A stretch of 64,000 bases of DNA from Spizellomyces punctatus DAOM BR117 (lineage: Eukaryota), in assembly GCA_000182565.2 (NCBI GenBank), contig KQ257457.1, one strand, 5' to 3'. A program made the translations under genes and the position numbers. The notes beneath the pieces are model-generated. The model worked only from the letters and a program-made list of their open reading frames with translations. It had not been told where the DNA came from and searched no databases. This document shows positions 47,301 through 62,675 of this stretch, piece by piece. How positions within the stretch are numbered: position 1 is the first letter of the stretch; every line of letters starts with the position of its first letter.

Positions 47301-50300
47301 ATGGCCTTTACCGACAGAACGAGTCAAAATCTGCAGCGTCGCGGAGGCGACAAACAACAACAATTGGATGAGCACATCCTACAACTGAAGAAGATTTACG
47401 CGCAGGAACTTCAATCTCTGAAGCAATTGTTTAGCGAATGGTCCGATGCCGACCTTGTAGCAACCCTCGAAGAAGTAGGGGGTGACTTGGATCTCGCAAT
47501 TGGACGCATATCTGAAGGTAATCTGCCACTGCAATCTGGCATAGGGTTGGTCGATGCCGTCAAATGTGGTGTGGAGATTGCACCAGCTCCTTTGCAATGC
47601 CTCTCCATTTGTACCAAAATCGAACACTAGTGTTAACCTATTTTCATATTGCAGGACATGCCGAACAATGGGGTGAAGTCAAAAAGCGTGAGCGAAAGGA
47701 AAAACCTAAACAAGCAGCGCCTGCCAGTGAAGGAGTGGCTACGTCTGAGCGGCCAGCTCGCCCTCCAAAGCAATTTGGAGCTCGTGAAACTACTCGTCCG
47801 GCGCGTGGTGGTAAGTGGACCATTGGTGTAGAATAATGCCATTTTCCTTTTGCTGAACAAATCGAGGATTTAGGCACCTATGCTGGTCGCGGTGGCCGTG
47901 GTGGCGGTCGAGGCGGTCGAGGCGGCGGTCGAGGAGGTGCTATGCTTGGTGGTAGGTGAAGAGCATGGTCTCTCTGCTGGTCGCATTGGGAACTCACAGC
48001 TGAAACAGGTTTCCGAGGTGGACGCCCAACGAATGGATCACACAAAGCGGGAGAAGCGAAGGCTGAAGGGGAGAGCACATCCACAGACGAATGGGGAAAT
48101 GCTCCAGTCACTGGCGACTGGGGAGAAACAGCTAAAGATGATGCTGCTGATGGAGGAGAGCCTGCGACAAACGATGGTTGGAGTGGAGCCTCACCAGCTC
48201 AAACGGATAGTTGGAGTGCTGACGTGCAGCCAGAACGGACTACAGCTTGGGGTGCCAGTCCTCAAACTGAAAACGTGGCAACTCAGCAAAAGAAAAAGGC
48301 CGTCAAACCTGAGGGGAAGCCTGTAAAGGCGGCGGAAACTGTGAAGGCTCCTGCACCAGTCACGGCGAAGCCAAAGTCATGGGCTGCTCTTGTGAAGGGG
48401 TATGCATTTTAGTGTTTCCATTCTGTGCAAAAGACAACGTCGCTTACCAGGTGAGAAATCAACTTCTAGGCCAGAACCTGTCCCAGTAGCTGTACCAAAG
48501 TCGGAGCCGAAACAGTCCACTTCGGTTAAAAGCCCAGCTCCTGCATCAGAGTCGGAAAACCTCAGTCCCGTCCGGGTCCCAAGTCCAGTTCGCGCAGCTA
48601 GTCCCGTCAAGAGCCCGGTCAGAGATTCGAACAGGATGGGTGCCGTGAAGACTCCTGAACCAGAGACAAAGTCCCCCATCGCAGCACCATCGTCGGTATC
48701 AAAGGCGGCAACTCGACCTTCGAGCCCTCCCAAGCCGAGCTCTGCGGTGGCGACGCCGGTACAGGCACCAGCTCAGCCCAAGGAAGACACTACGGCTGGG
48801 AAAGCATCTGCACCACCAGGCTTCAAGCAGGCTCGACCGGCACCATTTAGCGGCAGGAAGCTAAGGCAAGATGCTGCTGTTGTTATGCCGTCGAATGCTA
48901 GTCTCTCGTCTATTGGTGTACAATTCGGCTCGTTGAGATTGGGTGGCAACTCGGACGTTGAGGAAGACGAAAAGGAGTCTGCAACAGCTCAGTCGGGCGT
49001 ACAAAGGTACTTTCAAATTTGTGTAAGTTTGTTCTTTATCATGTCAATGACTCTTTGTTACAATGTAGTGCGAAAGCGCCAACGTCAGAATTGGGCCCTT
49101 CACCTGGCGCTGCCGCGCCCCAGCAGCTCAACCCTGGTGCTCCCCAAGTTGGACTTGCACCTCAGCATCTCCAGCAGCACCAACTGCAACACCAGCAACA
49201 GGTGCAGCAACAAGGAGCGCGTGATAGTCGCATTAACGCTACTTCATCCATGATGCCGCAAATAGCATCTGGACTGCAGTCCGGTCTAGGCAAGCAAGCT
49301 GACGGCCTACCTGTCGGTCTCCCTTCGACTGGTCCAGCTGCCCCTGGCTTGCCGAATGGAGTGGCTCCTTATGGTTCGTATTTCCCAAGCCAGCAGCTTG
49401 CAGCGGCTTCAGGCTTCGGACTGGGACATATGGGGAACCTTCCTGCCGAATATTCTGCTCTGTACGGTTCTGATGCTCAATCGAGGGCAGCAATGATGGT
49501 GGGTAGTTGTTAGATTCTATCCTACAGACGATAGTGCTCACAGAAGATTATCATGGGGTATAGCATGGATACTACGATCCAGCAGCGTATCAACAAGCCG
49601 CTCCTTCAAAGTATCAGGGGCAAGAGGCAACCACCGGGCAGCAAGCATCTCAGACAGGTCAAGCATCTCCTTCCAGCGGGCAGCAACAGCAATCGCAGCA
49701 ACCGCCACAACAGCAGCAGCCGCAGCCACAGCAAGGGTACCCTCTCCCATACCCGTACTACCCGTACTATCATATGAACCAGTTTCCGTCGTACCAAGGT
49801 TCTCCGTACGGGCAGCCGTTTGTAAATAAGTCCATGTACCCTGGCTATCCTCAGCAATCTCAACAACCTACCACTGGAGCCGCGGCGACACCAAAAGCAG
49901 GGGCTGCATCGAACTCTGGCTATGGATATTCTACGACTGGACAACAACACAGTCAATCACAGCACCAAGGCCAACATCAACCGCAACTTTACCAGCAAGG
50001 ATCGTACGATGATTTGGCTGCGGGTCTTGGTGGTCACGAATATAAGGGCGTATACGGCGGAATCCCTCAGCAGAGCTTTCAGAGCTTCGGACTGCATCAA
50101 GGCGGCATGCAGGGTGTAAGTGCTCAGAATAAGGCGGGTCCAAATAGCCAGACAGCGCAATCCGCTGGACAGCAAGACTACAAAGCTCAGTCAGGGAACC
50201 GACCCCCACGCCAGACATATGAGGCTCACAAGTACCAGACCCCGACAGCTGCTACTGGATCCCAACAACAAGGTGCTGGCACCGGAGCAACTGGAACTGG

Positions 50301-50472
50301 TACTCCAAGCGGGCCAGGGTCGTACTATAATCAGCAACATCTTGCTGGGCTACATTCTCAACAACCAGCGCAAGTTGGCAACCCGTACCTCCAGATGCAT
50401 CACCAGTATCAAGGGGCAAATATCTACGGGCAAGGCAGGCAACAAGGCCAATACTGGAGTGGGCAAAGTTAA
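47301..50472 (+). CDS. DEF1: Def1/UBAP2L-like CUE-domain protein with RGG boxes and Q-rich C-terminus, multi-exon
   Basis: LKQLFSEWSDADL...GDLDLAIGRISEG|HAEQWGEVKK, RGG repeats, KSWAALV, RKLRQDAAVVMP...GVQFGSL and a Q/Y/G-rich tail. Confidence 0.85.
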
Positions 50473-50663
50473 ATGTCCTTGCATTGCAAAGGAATGGAAC
50501 GCCTGCTGCGGGATTTATGATGTGATTGATGTGTTTTGTTTATAATTGATTCTTTGGAATTTCAAACTTTTTGTGTTGCTGCAATCTGTGAAAACACGTC
50601 ATCTCCCATCGCGTTGACGAGATTGACCATCTGCATTTTTTTTCCATCCACATCTTTCACACA

Positions 50664-52177
50664 ATGCTTTTCCGGGCCTGTACAAGAGCGTTTACCTTTC
50701 GCAATGTCCACCTAACACGGGGAATGGCAACTGATGCTAGTGCGAAACCTCCAAGCAGTGGGAATGGCTTTAACAATTTCTTGAAATTTGTTGCATTGCC
50801 TGGAGGGGTTGCTGGTGGTGGTAAGTGAGAGGCTTTCCATCAAGAGGTTTCCTCCTGAGAGATCTCCTTGGGGACCTTATGCTTTAGCAGAGGGGGCCGA
50901 ACTTGTATATTGAAGCATGCTCCTTCTTTCAAGCGTACTACTTTTACAACCAGAATCAGTTGGAAACACAAGCAAGAATCAAAGCAAGATTGGATAAGAA
51001 GGCAGCGGAGAATCCTGTGGCTGCTCTGGACGGGAAAACATTCCTACCCTTTGTTCTGAAAGAGGTAACTACGAGGTTGTCAATGAATGCATCCATTATG
51101 AACCCACCTCAACGTGCTTCGTAGGTTGTTGACGTTAACCATAACACGAAACGCTTCCGGTAAGATGGAATTCATATCAGCCAAGAGTATCGCTGGGTTT
51201 CAGTGCAGGACAGCTGAACTTTTACGCAAAATCAGGTTCGCCCTCCCTGAGGGAACTACAGAGCTTGGTCTCCCAACCGCTTCTTGCGTTGTGACAAAGT
51301 ACGTTAACGGCGTCAAAGAAAATGGAAAGCCGAACGTTGTCATTCGCCCTTATACTCCGGTGGAAGACCCTGCTGATGGCTACACTGGCTATTTTGATCT
51401 CATCGTCAAACAATATCCTAGTGCGTGGTGATGTGTCGCAACTCAGAATGTCGAATATGCTGCTAATGCCATGTGATCTTGTCTCAGATGGCCCTATGTC
51501 TACCCATATCCACTCTCTCAAACCCGGAGATACGCTAGATGTGAAAGGACCAATCAAGAAATACGAATACAAAGCCAACGAGTTCAATCACATTGGATTG
51601 CTAGCTGGTGGAACAGGTAAACCGAGTATTCTGACATCAACGCGCACATCTGTGTTGAGTCGTGCTTAATACTATTGACACTCTACAGGCATTACACCCA
51701 TGATGCAACTCATTCAGCGAATCCTCTCGAACCCTGCCGACAAGACCAAAATGACTTTGGTGTTTGCCAATATCGCCGAGGAAGATATCCTTCTAAAGGA
51801 CTATTTTGACGCCCTTGCCAAGAAGCATCCCGAGCAATTTGAAGTGCGCTATTTCGTGGAGAAACCTCCAATCGGTTGGCGTGGAGGCGTGGGCTACATT
51901 GGAGAGGGAGTGATTAAGGAAGCTTGTCCTGCACCGGGTAAAGGCAAAGTCTTCATTTGTGGACCTAATCAGATGCTGGCTTCGATATCCGGCACCAAGG
52001 CGCCAGACTACAGTCAAGGAGAGATTGGCGGTATTCTGAAAAAGCTTGGGTAAGTCTCTGAATTATGTTGATCGGAGATTGGGCGATGAGCCCTACTAGA
52101 TTCGACGGCTCATAATGCTAACGGCTGTGCATTTCCCATTGCATAGATACAAGGAAAGCGATATCTATAAATTTTAA
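50664..52177 (+). CDS. MCR1: NADH-cytochrome b5 reductase, mitochondrial Mcr1-like, multi-exon
   Basis: Presequence plus hydrophobic anchor; VIRPYTP, GPMSTHIHSLKPGD.L.VKGP, LLAGGTGITPM, LVFANIAEEDILL, VFICGP; ends IYKF*. Confidence 0.92.
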
Positions 52178-52386
52178 TAGGGTTGCATCGGAAGGCCCAT
52201 GGGATGCTGGAAGAGAGGTGCATCTCGAGGTTCCACGCATACCATACAAAAGGACATATAAATTGCGAGATATTTTGGTAGACGACCAGAATGGATATTG
52301 TTGATAATAAATACAAATGCAAATAACCTACGCTAACGAGTACCAACCAAAAACCTATTGCATCCCGAGTTTTAATTAAATTGCAA

Positions 52387-55300
52387 CTACCTAGTCTCTC
52401 GAACATGCAACACTATTAATATGGCAATCAATGCCAAGAACCCTGCGAACCACGCAACTTCAATCATGGCGTCTCGTACGAACGCTCCCCTGTCAAATCC
52501 GAATTTATCCAAAATTATTGATGCAGGGACGTTCACTCCGAGACCTGAGACGTTATCTACGATCGTTAATCCGGATATGTCATTAACCACGAGCGCCTCA
52601 TATGCGTATCGAAAAAGAGAGAGATACTGTATCCATCGAAGAGGAGTAGGAATTTGATCTGATGAATGCAGAAGAATGTGAGTGATGAGTCCCGAATGAA
52701 TTTCGTTGCCACCGCTCTTCTTACTTTGGTTTAAAAGGAAGCCAGCAAAAAGCATTTGGAATAATAACGCAATACTTCCTACCAAGCTGGCTGTCCCGAT
52801 ATCTTTCACAGCACACGCGACAGCCATACAAAATAATCCACAATTTGCAGCAAATAAAGATAGAACCCCAATAAAGCGTATAAAATGGTCGGCATCTGAT
52901 GTGTAGCCGACCATAAAGAACGCAATGGATCCCATTATAACTGCGGGGATGATGCGTAGCGGAATTAAATCAAAAATGATTTTCGATAAGAAAAAGGGTA
53001 GAGGACCATAGAAGCCGTTGGCACGCTCTCGAACAAACAGCTGGCGCTCTTGATTTAGAGTCTGGTCAAAAAATAAACTTTGTTTAGCCTGTGAACGACA
53101 TGTCACATATCAGTATATAATACGTACACCAATGGCGCTTAAACCAGAGAAGCCAAGTAAACTCATAAGGAAAAAGATGGAGCCCAATCGATTCTGGATA
53201 CCGCCCAGCGATGTGTCCGACCGCCAATATAGCCCACCCACAAATGCTCCAAGCACAATAGCAATTCCCATGTGCGTCGCCCAAAGTGTGGGTCTTCTCC
53301 ATAAGTTCTTCCAATTCCGCGCCATCAATGCGCCAGACTGAGTTAAAAAGCTCACTGTATAGGCGCCTTTAGCGGACCCAACTCTAGCATCCGCGTCTCT
53401 GCTGCCGTTACTAGACACCGAGTTTCTATCGCCAAGAGAATACATATTTTCATAGGCAACCTCTTCATAGTCGCGGTTATGTGAGCCATCCAAATCTTGG
53501 AGTAGTATCGCAGAGGAGCTTGCCCTTTTAATCTGCGCATTCGGATTTTCCACTGTAACATTACCGGTTGACTGTTTTGATATGCGCGAGCCTCGTCGAA
53601 TTCTCATTTCCCAGTCATCACTTCCATACACCTCTCGCACATTCACCTCCTTCATTTCCGCGCCTGTTTCGCCAGATCCGCTCGCCAAATCAAGAACCCA
53701 GTCCGCAATGTTATACCCCGGGGGGCAGGGATGACCGAGTGAGGCAAAATACTTTTCCATGTCTTTTGATGCTCCAGAGTACATAATCTCACCGTTTCGT
53801 AATAGGAGGATGTCGTCAAACATGGCGTAAACATCAGATCGCGGTTGGTGGATAGTGAATATGATTGTTTTCTTTGATTTGTGAGCGAGGTCACATATGG
53901 TTCTCATCACGGCGTGAGCATTGTAACTATCTAGACCGCTACAAAGTCGGTTAGCTCCGAATGGTTAAAGACGCTATGAATCACATAATCACCTGGTGGG
54001 CTCATCAAGAAATAGTACTGCTGGACTAGTGACAAGTTCGACACCAATGCTCACTCTTCTTCTTTCACCCCCACTTATACCGCGTCGCGTCTGGCCGCCA
54101 ACCTTTGAATCTGCTACGTGACTCAGACCAAGTAGAGAAATCACTTCCTCAACTCTGTCGCGCTTCGCTTGGCGTGTCATCGACTCGGGTAATCGAAGAT
54201 TTGCAGAGAACATTAGCGTCTCGCGTACAGTCAAGGTTTCCATTAAGCAGTCGTCCTGGTCAACATAGCCAATCAAACGACGATACTGCATTCGGCTGAT
54301 ACGGCTGCCGTCAACCAGGAGCGATCCTTCTAATTCTCCTCGTTTGGACTTTGCAGCCAAAATGTCCAAAAAGCTGAAGTACAGTATGAGGAAAGGCTCA
54401 GCGGCGGACCCTAACGAAATCCACGTATGAAATTATTACCTTGATTTACCGGCACCACTGGGTCCCATCACCGCTAATGCACGACCAGCATGCACTTCGC
54501 CTCCAATATCGCTTAATATCCTTTTCTTGCCTAGATAGTCACAATTCATCAGACAGGTCAAGCGAGCCAGATGCCGACCGATTGCGAGCTTACCAACGCT
54601 ATAGTTCAGGTTGCGGTAAGTTATAGTAACTCCTTTTCGGGTAGGCGGCACGGGTAACGTTTTCGCTTTTGCCCGTTTGATACAGGCGAAGACCAACGCT
54701 AACCGTATCATAAGCGATCAACATCGTGCTATGCGCGGATGGTACCTGTGCAAAGAACACTTACCACATGCAAAAACTGCCAATATGCCCCCAAACGTGG
54801 AAACTGCAGCAATTGCTCCAGTCGTGAGTTTTCCGGCACTCTGTAGCATGATCGTGGCAGTACACAATTAGCACCGACCCCAAATACATTCATAGAAAAA
54901 GATCGACGCGACTGACGATGGACCTACTTCAGAAGAAGGATCACCGGGGTCGTCAGAGGGCAGAGCGCACTCCCCGTGCATGCAATTGCTTAGCCGAATT
55001 CCTGATGGGAAGATTCCTGCCAAAAATTCAACTACGGTCCTTATGAGATCATGATACTCCCACAGAGTAGTAAAACGCAGATAGCGGCCTACATTTGAGA
55101 TGACAATCTCCCGTTCCGTTACTCGACCGAGGGCAAGTGTACTCTAGTCCGCCAGAAGCACCGTTGACGGGTCCACTCAAATCGATCGATTTACCGGGGC
55201 CACCGCAAAAAGCTGCTTTCGGATCGCAATTACATTTCAGAGTAGAACATTTGAATTTCATTGTATCGGCTGTTTGAACCGTCCCGTGAGTCACAGACCT

Positions 55301-56267
55301 TTACTATAACCTTTCATAAATCATTTTCATACCTAAGCGATCCTGAGAACAATCAGTTGCTTTACACGCAAACTGTTCAATGCCGGTGTACCACACTTTT
55401 GGGCCATCAGTACACATATTGAGAATAGCATCACTAAGCGATGGACTCACAGATGCCGTAAGCCTCGCCAGTCCCCAGATTACGATCAAAAGTCACGTAG
55501 CTGTCCAACGGGTAAACCGTTTTCAACAATGGTTCTGCAAGTTTTTCCAATGAGAATCAGAATACAAACAATCACACTGTGATGATGACATTTATTTTCA
55601 CCTGTTACTTCACAATAGGAGTGAGACTCCTTCCAAGTTACAGAGTCCTTATTGCACACTAATGTCTGGCCGGCTGGACTGCCTGGTTTTCCTTTGCAAA
55701 CATCATTTCGCGTGCACACTATACACAGTCTCGTCGTAAGCAACCACAGTTTGGGTACAGTGCATGCATGCGTGATTTCGGCTTACCATTGCAATTTACA
55801 CCGGTAAAACCATCATCGCACTGGCAAGTGGAGTTTGCCGCACGAATTGCACGATTTTCAGGAGCTTGGTTCGGTGATCCGCAAGCTACATGTGCATTTC
55901 ATAAGATATGGCGACCGCTATCTGGGATGGGACGCAAAAAGGGACTCACTTGTTTCCGAACAGTCCTGTCCCCCAAAGCCATCGATGCAGCTGCAGACCG
56001 CTCCCTTACATGTTCCAAAATTCTTGCATCCCTGTGCAAAAGAATATTAATATAAATAGAGAAAATCGCGAGATCAGCGTGCCAACGACCAACCTGGGTG
56101 TTGCAGTTAAAGCACACTGGACAAGTTGACGGTTGTGGTGATGGCGTTGCAGTTACTGTAACAGTGACGACTTGAGAGACAGTTGTATTGGGTGTCGCCG
56201 AAGGTTGTGCTGACATCCCAGTTGCCAAAAATGCGATACAACTAAAGAGGATGAAGAGAGTGGGCAT
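52387..56267 (-). CDS. ADP1: Half-size ABCG transporter with N-terminal Cys-rich/EGF-like ectodomain (Adp1-like), many exons
   Basis: Signal peptide MPTLFILFSCIAFLA; CPVCFNC and EGF-like Cys motifs; Walker A MGPSGAGKS, signature ISGGERRRVSIG, FLDEPT, TIHQP; ABC2 membrane domain. Confidence 0.92.
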
Positions 56268-56687
56268 CCTGACACGAACGAAAGCAAGGCTCTGGGATGA
56301 GGCCTTTAAGTGACCAATATCGATACAATGCCCATAATGGCTGGTGGTCATGGGATTCCCTTTTGCTGACGTTGGGTCCGCCCAAAGGGAAATGGTGGGA
56401 AACCCAGCCTTTGGTATCGTCATCAGGTCCCCGAACGGCCATTTAGGGGTCGGAGCGGCTGAGCCACGAGACTGTGGCGGTTTACCGTCGAGTTTCTTTT
56501 TTTAGAAGGATATTTGGAGTACCTCCCACGTTACGGGCTGGGGTTTGTTAGCAAAAAGGTAAACACACAGATTTCTACCACAGCAGCAGCATCTACAATT
56601 AATTGTACACGCAGTCGCTCAGTCTATCTAATGCAGATACTACATCTCTACGAGACAAGGAAGGGAGGTAACAGAGCAAATGGAAAA

Positions 56688-58273
56688 CTAGTGCTTCACT
56701 CCTACAAAATAGGCACATTCGTAGACGTACTTCAACATTCCTCGGGTATTGCTGGCATACGTTGTCTCAATGGTTCGCTCATTCTAGCCGATGCAGAGTA
56801 GCTTTGAGAATGAGGGCAGATTGAAACCGATGATGGGAACTGACCTCAATCTTGAAACCTTTTGTGCGAATTACTTGTTTGAATTCATCCAGACTGAGCT
56901 CAATAGATAGTTCGTTTTGCATTCCTTCCCAATGATACAACAGTGGCCCTTGAAAAAAAGAGAATACCATAAGTAAACCAGTTTTAACCTTTTTGTTGGA
57001 CGCAATTGTATATCCTTTTCTTTGCGTACCCAAGTTGATCCAAAGACCGTTTGGCTTCAAAATTCTCTTTATGATGTCGATGTATTCAACAATATTTTTT
57101 GCAGTGTCCATGAAGAAGCACGTTACGACCACATCCCAAGATTCTGCACGTTCAAGAGGTTAAGAGTACACAAATATAGCCTTTGCGCCCAAATCCATTT
57201 ACCTATATGCTCCTCTTCTCCGTATACTTCACAGAAATCACCCGCAACCATCGAAAAATCCGCGGTGCGGGGTACATCCCCTGGTAAAACATCAGGGATG
57301 CGAACTGAACTCAAAAGCACATCCGTTGACGTAGAGTTTGAAAAACTGTGGATCCATGGGAATATCTCATATTGATGAAGCTGTTGCGTTCTGTACACAG
57401 AAATATATAAGCGGATTTGGCAGAATGCCGTACATAGTGCACTTGATTGCTTACTGGTTGAGGACAAAGTGTGAAGCCAGCAGCTGACGAAACCATATCC
57501 ATCCGTCAGACGAAAATGGGTCTTCCAATCCTGGAACAATTCCAAGAGCAAATGGCTTACCATATAAAAGCTAAATTCGTTACCTTTGAACATTATAATT
57601 ACTATGTAAGTAAAAAGACGAAGCAATACTTCGAGCAACACTCAAGATTCACACACCTTGGCACGAGTATCCTTGCTTCACAATGTCGTACGCCAAGCGC
57701 CCTAATCCCGCTCCGGGCACTAGTACTTTTATCTTTCCTTTATCCTCCATGGAAACTCCTTTAAATCTCGTTTGAAGCTCATCAAGTATCGGGTCGTATG
57801 TTCGGGCCCGTTCCTCCCGTCCCTAAGATTTCGCATTTCTCAAACCATCAGTTGCACTGCATCTCCCAACGGCCTTCTTTTGAACAAAAGAAAACGTAAG
57901 CACATCATACCTCTTCAGACCAATCTCTTACAAACTGTCGTAATGTACTTCTAACTTTATCCATGTCACCTTCCGAAACTTGGCTCTTGGTCCCGCCATT
58001 TGTCTCCTCGTTCTGATGGCCTGCCACTATAGAAGCAATGAATGCTGCATTCTTCAATATTCTCTCCTCCACAGAATTGATCTTTTTCTCCATAAACGAT
58101 CCCACTAGCTGCTGATGGGCCTTTGGTATGCTGGCCAAGTCTCGCCGACGCTTTGCATTTCGGGAGAGTGAATGCAGCCGATAATGATTGAATGCCTCGA
58201 TTACTTTTGCAAAATGCTGAGCTTCCAAAAGACGATCTGCCTCAGGCACCGTATCCGGGTCGTTTAGGAACAT
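56688..58273 (-). CDS. CARNMT1: Carnosine N-methyltransferase / N2227-like SAM methyltransferase, multi-exon
   Basis: DMDKVRSTLRQFVRDWSEE, LVPGAGLGRLAYD, GNEFSFYM, FSMVAGDF.EVY, VVTCFFMDTAKN and WINLGPLLYHW. Confidence 0.92.
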
Positions 58274-58529
58274 ATTTGTCTATAAAATGGGCTGCAATGA
58301 GCTTTCAGGATGTAGATCACCCCCAAAGTAGAAGACTGGTGGAATGAGTCATGCTGCCCTGCTTACGTTCGCATCACCCAAGAAATCTCCGCAATCGAAA
58401 CCCTAGTGAATATCTCGGCATTGGCATTGATTCCGTGCACGGCGGATGCCTGGCAATTATTGGAGCATCTAAGACGGGTTTGCTGCCGGAAAACTCTGTC
58501 TCGGTCACTTCATCCATACACAAGCCAGT

Positions 58530-61500
58530 ATGCTACTTGGGGCATCTGAGGACGACGCTGTTTCGGATCGTCACATTTATCTGAATGATCCTTTGAAAAA
58601 TGCCACTCAAAAGTTTCTACACAACTCTATAACTACGGGGAAATATAACTTTGCGACCTTTTTGCCAAAGTTCTTTTATGAGCAATTCAGCAAATATGCA
58701 AACTTGTTTTTCCTCTTTACGGCCATTATTCAGGTGGGTGATGATGCTCGAAACCGGGTAGTACCCATCCTCATCGGTCTACTGTTTCTCTTTTCCAGCA
58801 AATCGGAGACTTGTCGCCGACAAATAAATTTGGCACGGTTATACCACTGTCAATCGTTCTGGTGGCATCGGCAGTTAAGGAAATCATGGAAGACATGAAG
58901 CGGCATTCGCAAGATGCCGAGACCAACGCTCGATCTGTCAAGGTTCTCTCTGGATCTCAATTTATTCCAAAGCAATGGCGCCACGTAGTTGCGGGTGATA
59001 TTGTCAGAGTTGAGAACGGACAGTTCTTTCCGGCCGACCTCATCCTCCTGAGCTCAAGTGAGCCAGATGCCCTATGCTACATTGAAACAAGTAACTTGGA
59101 TGGTGAGACAAATCTGAAGATTCGACAGGGACTACCGGAAACGGCAAACTATCTCACGCCGGAGGACGTGGCCAAGCTTGAAGGTGTAATCAAATCAGAG
59201 CAGCCAAACAATTCGCTCTATACATATGAAGGCACACTCCGTTTGGGCAGCAAGGAAATACCACTGGACCCAGCGCAGTTGTTACTCCGAGGAGCTATGC
59301 TTCGAAACACACGTTGGATTTACGGCGTTGTGGTATTTACAGGACACGAAACAAAGCTTATGAAAAATGCCACCGCAACGCCAATCAAAAGAACAAAAGT
59401 CGAACGACTTGTAAACACTGAAATTACCTTCTTATTTGTTCTTTTGGTCGCACTGGCGGTGACATGTGCCCTGGGCGCTCTTGGTCGGCAAGTAAGTCAA
59501 TTTGCCATTTCGCCTTACCAGGGAGACTCAATATCGTTAACTGAGAAAATGGATACTGATGCTCACAGCTGGGTAACCCTTTCGAAAGAGAGGTTCTGCT
59601 TCTCGATCCGGGTACCGCATGGGCCAGATTTCCCGGAAATATCCTCACATATATCATTCTGTTTAACAATTTAATTCCTCTCAGGTAGGTCACTTTCCGT
59701 GTACATGTGCAGGGCATTCACCTTTGATGACCTATTTTTCCATGTGTAATGACAGTCTCATCGTGACCATGGAGTTGGTCAAATACATCCTCGGGGCGTT
59801 CATCAATCAGGACGCCGACATGTATCATGAGGAAAGCAACTCACCTGCCATGGCGAGGACGTCGTCCCTAGTTGAGGAACTGGGACAGATCGACTATATT
59901 TTCTCAGATAAGACGGGCACTCTCACATGTAACGTCATGGAGTATCGGATGTGCACGATTGCAGGCATTGCATATGCGGAGGTAGTTCCCGAGGACAAGA
60001 GAGTTCGCGTGGACGAGAATGGAAAGGAGGTTGGGTATTGGGACTTTCAAAAGCTGAAGCATAATGAACAAAACCACGCAACGGCGCCTGTGATCCAGGA
60101 GTTTATGAGGCTTTTAGCTGTCTGCCATACTGTTATTCCTGAAGCAAATGAAGAAACTGGCGAGATAAATTTCCAGGCATCATCCCCCGATGAAGGCGCG
60201 TTGGTTAAAGGAGCTCAAAAGCTGGGTTGGGCTTTTACAACTCGTCGTCCCCGTTCGGTCATGTATTCCCACAATGGCCAATCGTACGAGTACGAAGTTC
60301 TCAATATTTGCGAATTCAACTCAACTCGTAAGCGCATGAGTGCAGTTGTCCGTGGTCCCGACGGCAAGATCAAATTGTATGTCAAAGGAGCTGACACCGT
60401 CATTTTGGAACGGCTCGCACAGCATAATCCTTACGTTGAAACGACTTGCGCAAACTTGGAAGACTACGCAAATGAAGGGCTGCGGACTCTTTGTATTGCA
60501 TATCGCGATGTTTCAAATGAAGAGTATGCTGAGTGGTCAAAGATTTACGAAAAAGCTGCCACAACCATCAATAATAGAGGCGCTGAATTGGACAAGGCCG
60601 CTGAATTGATAGAAAAAGAACTTTTTTTGCTTGGAGCTACGGCGATTGAGGACAGATTGCAAGATGAAGTACCCGATACCATTCACACACTTGCTCAAGC
60701 CGGAATCAAGCTTTGGGTGTTGACAGGTGATCGGCAGGAAACAGCCATCAATATTGGTTATTCTTGCAAGCTGATTACGGAGGAAATGAGTTTAATTGTG
60801 TGTAATCAATCGACGCATTTTGAGACAAAAGAGTTCTTATTACAAAAGCTGAATGCCGTAAGGGCGTCAGTGTCAGGCGCACCCATTGCGCCCGTGAACG
60901 ACGACTATGGATTCGGGGCGTATGTCAAGAAGGGCTATGCTATGTTTGGCTTTGAAAGGAAAGCACCCAAGATGAGCAAAGATTCAATTCCGGAAGCAGA
61001 GGTGGGTTTTTGTTGCTATTGCGAGCTATCTGGCTGATGGCATATTGTTCTGACATCTTCCCTGTTCAGCCGCTGGCTCTTGTTATCGATGGACGCACCC
61101 TCGAATATGCTCTTGAAGACGACATCAAGTTTACCTTCCTTGCACTGGCTACGATGTGCAAGGCTGTCATCTGCTGTCGCGTTTCTCCCCTGCAGAAAGC
61201 TCTCGTTGTGAAGCTCGTCAAAAAGAACGTTGCAGATTGCGTCACGCTGGCAATTGGTGACGGTGCTAATGATGTCTCGATGATTCAAGCTGCGCATGTA
61301 GGTATCGGCATTTCTGGAATGGAAGGTCTTCAAGCTGCTCGTGCTGCCGATTTCGCAATCGCCCAGTTCAGATTCCTGAAGAAATTGCTCCTTGTCCATG
61401 GAGGATGGGCCTACTCACGAATGAGTAAATTGGTCTTGTATAGTTTCTATAAGAACATTACTCTATACTTGATTCAGTTGTGGTTTACGAAAGACAATGG

Positions 61501-62428
61501 CTTTTCCGGACAGGTACGTTTTTTGATGTGATTGTTGCCATTGTAATCAAGAAATCTTCCTCATCCTTTTGCACAGACGCTTTTTGAAACTTGGACGCAA
61601 GCAGCCTATAATATCATCTTTGCAGTGTTCCAGCCCATCGCCATTGGTATCTTTGATCAATACGTATACAGTCGCACACTTGAACGCTACCCCCAGCTTT
61701 ACCGACTTGGACAGACTGGGGAATTCTACAATCACAACGCTTTCTGGGCATGGATCATCAACTCCTTCTTCCATTCCCTTCTCATGTACTATCTTATGCA
61801 TGCAGTTTACGGGGAAGGTGTTATGCTCGGCCTCGGAGGCTATGCAGCCAACATTTGGATTTTCGGCGAAATGATATATACGACTGACTTGATCACCATT
61901 ACCCTTAAAGCCGCCATAACGTGCTCTACCTGGGTCAAGTTTACGCACATTGCTGTGTGGGGGAGTATTGGAGTGTGGTTCTTCTTGTTCCCCATTTATG
62001 CCACTGTTGCGCCCATGATTGGGGTGGCCAGGATGGAACTGCAAGGAATGATGCCTTTCATGTTTGGAGCGGCTACGTTCTGGTGGGCCATCATTTTGGT
62101 GCCTCTCGTGGCAAACTTGCGAGATTTTACTTGGAAATTGTAAGTTGGGCTATGTCGTTCCATTCTTGTCTACATTGTATTAATCACTCGCCGAATCAGT
62201 TTCAAGCGCCAGGCCCTCCCTCGCTCCTACCAAATTGTTCAAGAGATTCAGAAATATAACATCCAAGACCACCGACCAAGGGCAGAAGTCTTCCGGAAAG
62301 CTGTTACAAAAGTGCGCCAGTTCCAGCGTGTTAAGCGCAACCGCGGATTTGCGTTCTCGCAAAACGAGAGTGGGCAGGCGGCATTGATTAGGTTGTATGA
62401 CACAACACGAAGGAAGCCGCGGGGATAG
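58530..62428 (+). CDS. DRS2: P4-type ATPase phospholipid flippase (Drs2/ATP8A-like), multi-exon; start uncertain
   Basis: [39 protein letters not shown] and C-terminal [13 protein letters not shown] (Drs2-type tail). Confidence 0.95.
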
Positions 62429-62675
62429 AAAGACTCGAGCTACTTACTGCTCACGAACTAGTTGCGCGTTGTTAGAACTCATAGTCACTAGTTGTTATAT
62501 ACTCAAACATGGATTCAAGGGTCTGCCATTCTCAATTGACATGTGAGCTATGTGATATTTCCGCAGCCCACAGCCTCATGACAAGCATAGATACACAAGG
62601 CCAGCTGGGTTTTATTTATTTTTGGGCATGGCAGATATCTACAATCCTACATATAAAATTACAGTCGGGATTACC